Below, in pieces: positions 6,253 to 12,416 of a stretch of 12,416 nt of DNA. The position numbers were made by a program, and so were the translations under genes. The stretch lies in the NCBI GenBank assembly GCA_019058015.1, contig JAHLWH010000063.1:1-12416 (forward strand), in the 5' to 3' direction. Each line of letters begins with the position of its first letter. Within the stretch, counting starts at the first letter, position 1. Under the pieces are notes generated by a model. That model made no database searches and had not been told where the DNA came from. It saw nothing but the letters and a program-made list of their open reading frames with translations. The DNA is from Promethearchaeota archaeon (GTDB lineage: Archaea; Asgardarchaeota; Lokiarchaeia; Sigyniarchaeales; SOKP01).

Positions 6253-8398
6253 AAAAATACCAGTAGAAAATGAAGGCGAACCATTAATGAAATTTGAAGG
6301 CGATGCTTCAGCTCCTATTTTAAGATATGACGTTCCAAGCCCCTCCTCGTATGTAGGTAAAACTTACATAGAGACTGACTTAGGTCAAGGATGTTTCGGT
6401 GGTGATAAAATTCTAAAAAGTGATGATTCTAATGAACTTTTTAAGATCATTAAAGAAAAATTTTTACGTGATAACCGAGATATGATAAAAAAATATATTT
6501 CAACTATAAAAAGGAAAGAATTAGAAGAAGAATTAGACTTTTATACTCTTAAAGAAATAGATGTTTCAATTATAGAAAATGCTAAATTAGAAGCTTCTAA
6601 AAAAGCTGCAAAAGCTGCCAGAACCCGTGCAGATCAAGCTAAGCAAATTGCACAACAAAAACAAGCTATAGCAGAAAAATTCAGAATAGTTGCAGATTTA
6701 TATGAAAGAAAAGTCCAAGCTGCGAGAGCTAAACTTAAAAAAGAAGAAGCCGTTCCTGTTTCAATATTAAACGTATTTCTTAAACCAATAGTCGTAAATC
6801 AATGCAAAATTGCATTGGCTAATACAATAAAAGCAGCCGCAGGACCTAAAGCTATAGCAGAAAGTGCTGCAGTAGAAGCTGCTAATGCAGCAAGTCTTGC
6901 TGAGAAAGCGGAACAAGAAGCAATCTCAGCTTCTGAACTCCTATCTGCTGAAAAAGGAGAAATGGATATTTCTGATCTTTTAGATTTTGAAGGAATGGGA
7001 AAAAATCAAGCTAAATATATCTTGTTTAAATATTTAATGGATATTGCATGGATGGCTGATAAAAAATTCCCTATATTTTGTAAAACAATGGGAGACACGC
7101 TCAAAATACGGTTTGCTAAAATAAGGGATTTGAAACCAAGATTAATTTTTGTAGAAACCCATAAATTAACGAATTTTCCGGGTGATTATGGGGCAGGTAC
7201 CACTATAAAAACCTTTTCACTTTTACCAGGAGAAGAAACAGAAATTAGTATTAAAACCTATAAAAAATCAAAAGAGGATACAAAAGAAGCCTCATCAATA
7301 TTAGATTCCTACACTGAGGAAAAAGCTGATGAATTTGAGAAAGGTGTTCAGCAAGAAAACGCTAGAACATCTAAGGAAGAGAATTCTTCTTCTTATAGTG
7401 TAAAAGCCGAGGCTGGTGTAAGTTTCGGTTGCGTTAGTGCAAGCGTAGAGGTAGGGATGGAAGCTAGTGCAAGTGCCTCAAGAGAAGAAGTTGCAAAAAA
7501 TGTAATGAATGCTACTGAGAAACATGCTCAAAAGGCTAGTTCAAAGAGAGATGTCAATATCAATACAAGCTTCGAAAGATCTGAAGAAGTAGGAGAAGAA
7601 ATTTCCATTATGAGAAGAATTGAGAATTTAAATTCTAGCAGGACATTAAATTTTACATTTCGGCAGATGAATCAACAATTTCATTCAATACTACATTTAT
7701 GTAATTTACGAATAGGTTTTTATAATGGATATCCAGGAAGTATGAGAGAATATACTTTATGTGAACTTGGTCATTTAGTTCAAAAATATATGAATATTCC
7801 CGATAAAACACATGCTGAGATTTATGAAGATTTAAAACAAAAAATTCTCAATGAATATACCAATGTTATAGATTATCAAGGGGTCCCCCAAAAGCTGGTC
7901 GAAGAATTTTGTCCTTATAACGACGTTGAATTGAAAGAAATGAAATATTTAAGAGTAATCCCTCCAAGAGTAGTAAATGGTGAAGTATTTGGAAAGCAAG
8001 GATATACTATGCGAGAGGCAAAAGAAGATCAAGAAGAAGATATAAGATATCTTGAGGGAGTTATTCTTACTAGAAAAGTAATAACAATGAAAACAGATGG
8101 TATTATTGTTGAAGCATTATTAGGAAAGGCAAATGCATTGGATGATTATTCGCTCGACGCACGAAAAGAAAAAATAAGGGAGGAAAAATATGAAAATAAG
8201 CTCAAAAAAGCAAACGTAAGAAAAATTAAGACAGGGTTAGAAATAATTAATTCATTCATAGAAATTAAACAATTTGATAAAGCAAAGGATGCATATAAGG
8301 AAATTTTTGGTATTCAAGAAGGATTGCAAATCTATTCTGAAATATTTGGACCTCAAAAATTGGAATCCAGCAAAAAAAAAAACATCTTAAACAAATGA
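6248..8398 (+). CDS. Large hypothetical protein, candidate beta-pore-forming protein with an Ala-rich helical insertion
   Basis: 716-codon ORF. Beta-rich core (PRLIFVETHKLTNFPGDYGAGTTIKTFSLLPGEETEISIKTY; RRIENLNSSRTLNFTFRQMNQQF; MKTDGIIVEALLG) encloses a Ser/Glu/Lys-rich segment with an alternating hairpin SYSVKAEAGVSFGCVSASVEVGMEASASAS. Coding status is near certain; function is inference. True start may be ATA 6257 or ATG 6287. Confidence 0.6.
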   Translation: MIKIPVENEGEPLMKFEGDASAPILRYDVPSPSSYVGKTYIETDLGQGCFGGDKILKSDDSNELFKIIKEKFLRDNRDMIKKYISTIKRKELEEELDFYTLKEIDVSIIENAKLEASKKAAKAARTRADQAKQIAQQKQAIAEKFRIVADLYERKVQAARAKLKKEEAVPVSILNVFLKPIVVNQCKIALANTIKAAAGPKAIAESAAVEAANAASLAEKAEQEAISASELLSAEKGEMDISDLLDFEGMGKNQAKYILFKYLMDIAWMADKKFPIFCKTMGDTLKIRFAKIRDLKPRLIFVETHKLTNFPGDYGAGTTIKTFSLLPGEETEISIKTYKKSKEDTKEASSILDSYTEEKADEFEKGVQQENARTSKEENSSSYSVKAEAGVSFGCVSASVEVGMEASASASREEVAKNVMNATEKHAQKASSKRDVNINTSFERSEEVGEEISIMRRIENLNSSRTLNFTFRQMNQQFHSILHLCNLRIGFYNGYPGSMREYTLCELGHLVQKYMNIPDKTHAEIYEDLKQKILNEYTNVIDYQGVPQKLVEEFCPYNDVELKEMKYLRVIPPRVVNGEVFGKQGYTMREAKEDQEEDIRYLEGVILTRKVITMKTDGIIVEALLGKANALDDYSLDARKEKIREEKYENKLKKANVRKIKTGLEIINSFIEIKQFDKAKDAYKEIFGIQEGLQIYSEIFGPQKLESSKKKNILNK

Positions 8399-8432
8399 TT
8401 TTAGAGGAATTACCTAAACTAAGTGATGGATC

Positions 8433-9140
8433 ATTCCAGAAAAAAAGAAAGATGAATTAAATCGGAGAAAAGAAGATTTTGAGAAAGCTCAAAAACAAGA
8501 TCCAAAAATTTTGAAACAAGAAACGGAAGTTGAAGTTAAGATTTCAAAATTGGTAAACGAATTTAGAAAAAAAGAAGATAAACTAATTTCTAAGCTAAAA
8601 GAATTTGCTAATAAGAGAAGAACTCCCAAGCCATTTAAAGATGCATTGGAGCAATTACAATATGGAGTAGATATGCTGAAAGGCGTAAAACCCCATCCAA
8701 AACCCTATAATTTTAAACAGATTAAAGAATATGGCAGAGCAGTAGCCAATGTTATAATGCATCACAGAAAACTTAGAGAAGCAATAGATATGTATAAGGA
8801 ACCTTATGAAGAGCGTCATGAACGATATGAAAGATCAAAACAAGGATATTTTTTTAAAAGGGTCGAGAAATACAAAGTCAAAACAGCTGAAGAAAAAAGG
8901 CATTTTGAGAGCAGAAAGAGTGATGAACACCTTTATATTGATGAAATAAATGGTGAGACATGGGTATCACGTTTTGGTGGAGGGACATTTCAAGTAAGGG
9001 TTGATTTAAGAGAAGATCAAAAAGAATTTCATAGATACATTGACCAACTAGACACTTTAGAAAGAGAATGCCTTGATTTATCCCATAAAATAACGTCCCC
9101 TAGCTTTACAGTAAAAAGAGAAGCAATTATGAAATATTGA
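8433..9140 (+). CDS. Hypothetical charged helical/coiled-coil protein, probably co-transcribed with the 716-aa gene
   Basis: The ORF track starts at TTG 8511, but the frame is open from 8427 and reads IPEKKKDELNRRKEDFEKAQKQDPKILKQE. SD-like AAGTGAT (8421-8427) precedes ATT 8433, 35 nt after the upstream stop. Mostly helical with one short beta segment HLYIDEINGETWVSRFGGGTFQVRVDL. Start uncertain. Confidence 0.7.
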   Translation: MPEKKKDELNRRKEDFEKAQKQDPKILKQETEVEVKISKLVNEFRKKEDKLISKLKEFANKRRTPKPFKDALEQLQYGVDMLKGVKPHPKPYNFKQIKEYGRAVANVIMHHRKLREAIDMYKEPYEERHERYERSKQGYFFKRVEKYKVKTAEEKRHFESRKSDEHLYIDEINGETWVSRFGGGTFQVRVDLREDQKEFHRYIDQLDTLERECLDLSHKITSPSFTVKREAIMKY

Positions 9141-9171
9141 AAAAAGAGATATAAAAAATTATGGTGTTCCC

Positions 9172-9192
9172 TTTTTTAAACTCTTTTTTTTT
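9172..9192 (+). terminator. U-rich terminator closing the + strand cluster
   Basis: ttttttaaactcttttttttt about 30 nt after the stop at 9140. Confidence 0.5.
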
Positions 9193-9225
9193 ATTATACC
9201 TTATCTCTTTGAGTAAATTTATTTA

Positions 9226-9402
9226 TTACAGAATATATTGATGATGATATGCTCGACCTAAATTAGCAAGAGTTGAGATATCTTGAGGATCAATTTCTAA
9301 TGCTTTTTTATAATAGATTATTGCTTGCTGAAAATTTCTTTGTTCAAGAAATTTATTACCCAATAAATAATATCTTTTTACTTCTTCATTTTCCGATACA
9401 AT
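9226..9402 (-). pseudogene. TPR-repeat protein fragment (about 1.5 TPR units, 58 aa)
   Basis: Manual translation: IVSENEEVKRYYLLGNKFLEQRNFQQAIIYYKKALEIDPQDISTLANLGRAYHHQYIL*. Canonical TPR consensus (YY.LG.......F..A...Y.KAL..DP......NLG.AY). Absent from the ORF track. Confidence 0.75.
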
Positions 9403-9551
9403 TTATTATTCAAAATGAGCTTCAAAAAAAAGATTTTAAAAGATTCGCAGTTTTTTGTCTTCCTGAAATTGCAGCAATAATTAAAGAAATTGGATTCTCG
9501 TATTATAATGATGATCCTTCTGGCGTACTTCTGTTTGAAAAACATTTGTGA
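9402..9551 (+). pseudogene. Probable 3' remnant of a GNAT-like acetyltransferase gene
   Basis: IQNELQKKDFKRFAVFCLPEIAAIIKEIGFSYYNDDPSGVLLFEKHL* fits the GNAT C-terminal pattern (helix, strand, helix-GF, final strand ..EK.L). The upstream half of the 9273-9551 ORF is the antisense of the TPR fragment. Confidence 0.4.
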
Positions 9552-9641
9552 TAAAATTCCAAAATTTCATGTTTTTTTTTAAACAAAGATGGACTTTGAT
9601 CAAACATAAATATTTCATTAAGAGTAAATAAAAGGTTTTTA

Positions 9642-10652
9642 TTAATTAGAGGTTCTAGGAACGAGTTGAGTTGCTTTTGTTGGACATGAAGTGACACAAA
9701 GGCCACAACCGTAGCATTTTTCCTTATTTATCATTGATATTCCATTATTTTCCTCTCTGGCACCAAATAAGCACCGTTTAATACAGGCAAGACACCCATC
9801 GCATTCATCTGGATTTACTATAGCCATATAGTCTGTTTTTGCTATGAAAAATGACTTATTGAATTTTAAAAGCGCTTGAAATTCATGGCAACAACAAGAA
9901 CAACAGCTACAGATTGCATAAACCTCTTGACCGGGTAAAAATATCGAGAGGTGAACCAACCCAGCTTGGTTTGCAATTTCAAGAACTTTCCGTGCTTTCT
10001 TAATGGAAATTTTTCTACCATAACCACGTGAAACTGAATTTTCACCTACTTCATTGAGGATAAGGCATGTCTCAATTGGATTATCACAATTTTCAAAAGC
10101 TACGCGACAACCACAATTTGTAAGGGTAATAAAATGAGCTTTTTCCAAGATTTGAATAGCTTGATTTATTGGTAGAATGTGTTGGGATAAAATAAATGCC
10201 TTATTAATGGGAATCACTTCAGAGGAATATTTTAACTGACCCGTGGTTATGTCATTCTCTGTATTTGCAATGAGAGTATTGAGATAATAACGTCTAAGAG
10301 GATTTAGTTCCAAAGGTCCAATTATCGAATAACGGTGCTCTCTGAGGTGCCGGCTCATGATTCCATAAAACCTTTGGCATTTATAAGCAGAGTCATTATT
10401 AACAATTTTTTTTTTAAGAAACCCTCTCTGGAAAAGTCTCTCAAGGATAGATGAAATCTTAGTGGATTTCTTTGTAACTAGCTTTTCTTTTACGTTTGAG
10501 ACGGTTAAAAACTCTCCAGTTAGAAAATATAAAACCTGTAGTTCCTCAAGGGATACAAGTCTCCTAAAAACAGATAAAAACTCACTGGGAACACCTATAG
10601 CTTTTATAAGGTCTTGATATTGAGATTCCAAAAGATATTTTGATGAGGGCAA
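9642..10652 (-). CDS. 4Fe-4S dicluster (ferredoxin) domain protein with N-terminal winged-helix-like region and central Cys cluster
   Basis: Two ferredoxin motifs CDGCLACIKRC and CYGCGLCVTSCP. Additional CGCR...CDNPIETC and GLVH...ICSCCSCCC motifs typical of a widespread anaerobe Fe-S family. N-terminal SILERLFQRGFLKK is wHTH-like. TTG start. Confidence 0.85.
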   Translation of the reverse strand: MPSSKYLLESQYQDLIKAIGVPSEFLSVFRRLVSLEELQVLYFLTGEFLTVSNVKEKLVTKKSTKISSILERLFQRGFLKKKIVNNDSAYKCQRFYGIMSRHLREHRYSIIGPLELNPLRRYYLNTLIANTENDITTGQLKYSSEVIPINKAFILSQHILPINQAIQILEKAHFITLTNCGCRVAFENCDNPIETCLILNEVGENSVSRGYGRKISIKKARKVLEIANQAGLVHLSIFLPGQEVYAICSCCSCCCHEFQALLKFNKSFFIAKTDYMAIVNPDECDGCLACIKRCLFGAREENNGISMINKEKCYGCGLCVTSCPTKATQLVPRTSN

Positions 10653-10769
10653 TTCAATCAGTTCAAAAAATTTATTTCATATAATATATAAAAATTAAAT
10701 CATCTATTAGAGATTCTTCAATATTAAATAATTCAAAGATCAATTTATTATTTTCTCTAATATACTTAT

Positions 10770-10955
10770 TCACTTATAAGGGTTTTTATCAGGTATAGAA
10801 ATTATTTTCTTCGAGTTTTCTCTAATTTTCTTAAAAATTTCTTTTTGCATTTGATTTTTAAGATTCTTATAAGAAATAATAGGAATTTCATTTTCGATTT
10901 TGTTCTTGGAGCTTTTGATTTCTAATCCTTTAGCATGAAAAATGAATATCATCAT
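10770..10955 (-). CDS. Small Lys/Ile-rich hypothetical ORF or gene remnant
   Basis: 61 codons, co-oriented between the queG-like and Fe-S genes, sense-like composition, no recognisable motif. Confidence 0.3.
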   Translation of the reverse strand: MMIFIFHAKGLEIKSSKNKIENEIPIISYKNLKNQMQKEIFKKIRENSKKIISIPDKNPYK

Positions 10956-10988
10956 ACGTTATCATTTATGAGAATCGAAATAATTCAT

Positions 10989-12035
10989 TTAGTTAGTTTT
11001 AAAGTTGAATATATATTCGAGTGCCCATTTGGCGTGTTCTCTAAGTATTGATTTTGTACTCTTTAAGCATTTCTGTAGAATTGGGATTGCAATTGGATCT
11101 CCTATATTTCCGAGGGCTATTATTACATTCCTTTGAAGAGATTCACTACGGGGATCAAGGAACTCACAATCTAAGTAATATTTTCTAAAATCATCCTCTG
11201 TAATGCTTAAAAGAGGTAATAAAGCAGGACTATGTCTATAAACTGGATCAATGCTAGGGATATCCTTTTTTATAAATTTAACGGCTTTATTGTAAGGACA
11301 AGCCTCTTGGCAGCAGTCGCAGCTCACTAATCTATTTCCCATTTTATCGCGAAGTTTTTGTGGGATAACTCCTGTCTTGCAGGTTAAATAATCTATGCAT
11401 TTATTTACATTAATGACCCCAGGTGCTTGTATTGCTGATGTAGGGCAAGCACGTATACAAGATTGACAAGAACCACAATCTTTTGATAATGGATTGTCCG
11501 GTTCTAATTCGATATTCACAATTAGGTTAGAAAGAGCAATCCATGATCCAAACTCTTCTGTTATAATTAATGAATTTTTTCCTTGCCATCCAATTCCCGC
11601 CCTTATCGCAGCCATCTTCCTAGGGATCAGATTTCTCTTGGCAACTTTAATCCCTTTCTTATGTAATAATTCTGCGTATTGTTTTTCTCTCCTATGTTTT
11701 TCACCATAGACATCCCTCTGGTATGCTCTTGCGAGGACACCGTGAGGTTCGCCTGGTTTTGTGAGATCGGTTTGTTCCATGGTATAATAGCAGAAAGCCA
11801 TACAAATAATAGACTTTGCATCTGGGAGACTATTATAGGGATTAGCGTAAGTCTCAACATCCTTCAATATCTCTTCATAGGAGATCAACTCCTCAGGGTA
11901 GAGTCCCGCTCGGATCCTTTCTTTAACAATCTTTTCATAATCTGTAAATTGTTTAGGGGAACAGATTTTAACAATTTCAAAACCAAATCTATTTCCAATT
12001 TTAATTATTTCTTCTTTATTTATTATAGGCGTCAT
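10989..12035 (-). CDS. queG: QueG-like (epoxyqueuosine reductase family) cobalamin / 2x[4Fe-4S] reductase with C-terminal HEAT-like repeat
   Basis: LPDAKSII, RAGIGWQGKNSLIITEEFGSW, CGSCQSCIRACPTSAI, KCIDYLT, CDCCQEACPYN, RNVIIALGN and LREHAKWAL give the full QueG architecture. Substrate-site motifs are divergent, so the symbol denotes family rather than proven function. Confidence 0.8.
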   Translation of the reverse strand: MTPIINKEEIIKIGNRFGFEIVKICSPKQFTDYEKIVKERIRAGLYPEELISYEEILKDVETYANPYNSLPDAKSIICMAFCYYTMEQTDLTKPGEPHGVLARAYQRDVYGEKHRREKQYAELLHKKGIKVAKRNLIPRKMAAIRAGIGWQGKNSLIITEEFGSWIALSNLIVNIELEPDNPLSKDCGSCQSCIRACPTSAIQAPGVINVNKCIDYLTCKTGVIPQKLRDKMGNRLVSCDCCQEACPYNKAVKFIKKDIPSIDPVYRHSPALLPLLSITEDDFRKYYLDCEFLDPRSESLQRNVIIALGNIGDPIAIPILQKCLKSTKSILREHAKWALEYIFNFKTN

Positions 12036-12365
12036 ATTTTTTTTTTTGATATTATGGAATAAAATTATTGTAAATAAATAAAAATTGATACTCTTAAAAT
12101 AAAAATATTTTTTATTTTATTTTATTTTATGAAAATATAGTCTTAATAATTTAGTTATATCTCTTTCTTTAATAGTATCTTTCCGGTCCTTTTTTGTTGG
12201 AAGCAATATTATTTTGTCTCAAATCAGCAATAAATATTTGTCAAATTTTGACACTAATTTTTATTTTTAATGTATTATTTTGTTTTTAATAATATATTTT
12301 AAAAAAAATAAAAAAATTGATATTAATATTAAATCTTAAAGGTTTAATGTTTTTATTAGAAGATT

Positions 12366-12416
12366 GTTGTGGTAAACCAAGAGATTCCTGCCAAGGTTTG
12401 TCTCTTGGACCTCAAC
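12366..12416. other. GC-richer extended stem-loop at the window edge (structured RNA, repeat or mobile-element end)
   Basis: GTTGTGGT (12366-73) pairs with ACCTCAAC (12409-16) at 7/8. CCAAGAGA (12377-84) pairs perfectly with TCTCTTGG (12401-08). Inner CCT-gcca-AGG. Confidence 0.5.

Noticed and set aside
9273-9706. ORFs 9273-9551 (+) as one gene and 9503-9706 (-)
   Set aside because: The first is a chimera of antisense TPR and a GNAT-like tail. The second overlaps the Fe-S gene end in another frame and has no motif.
11494-12062. ORFs 11494-11709, 11627-11860, 11679-12062
   Set aside because: All overlap the QueG-like gene in antisense or an alternative frame.
12374-12392. AAACCAAGAGATTCCTGCC resembling the 3' end of a cobalamin riboswitch near a B12-dependent gene
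   Set aside because: It is on the opposite strand to the QueG-like gene, the match is imperfect, and the upstream sequence lacks the GGGAA and GCCACTG core elements.
1-12416. CRISPR array, tRNA, rRNA, integrase
   Set aside because: No regularly spaced direct repeats, cloverleaf, long GC-rich structural RNA or recombinase motifs seen by eye.

Overview
Very AT-rich window, most consistent with an archaeon, probably Asgard (Lokiarchaeia/Promethearchaeota-like). That assignment is inference from GAGGTGAT/GGAGGT Shine-Dalgarno motifs, U-tract terminators and a sequon-rich, membrane-anchored family-5 solute-binding protein. The + strand (1-9140) is an accessory region. It encodes a beta/gamma-crystallin-domain protein, an orphan DppA/OppA-like solute-binding protein fused through a TM helix to a duplicated cytoplasmic domain, and a coupled 2-TM partner. 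A 1.2 kb zone of gene debris follows. Next is a three-gene cluster: a TM + Ada-like Zn-finger protein, a 716-aa protein with a strictly amphipathic beta-hairpin (candidate pore-forming protein), and a helical partner. The - strand carries a multi-Cys 4Fe-4S protein and a QueG-like cobalamin/Fe-S reductase with a non-canonical active site. The best candidate for an undescribed system is the putative pore-forming locus. It shows apparent non-AUG (ATA/ATT) starts, a long poly(dA) tract, and a KHT motif shared by two 'charged pro-domain + payload' proteins. Two gene fragments missed by the ORF track (HTH repeat, TPR) were found by manual translation. No tRNA, rRNA, CRISPR array or intact transposase was seen.
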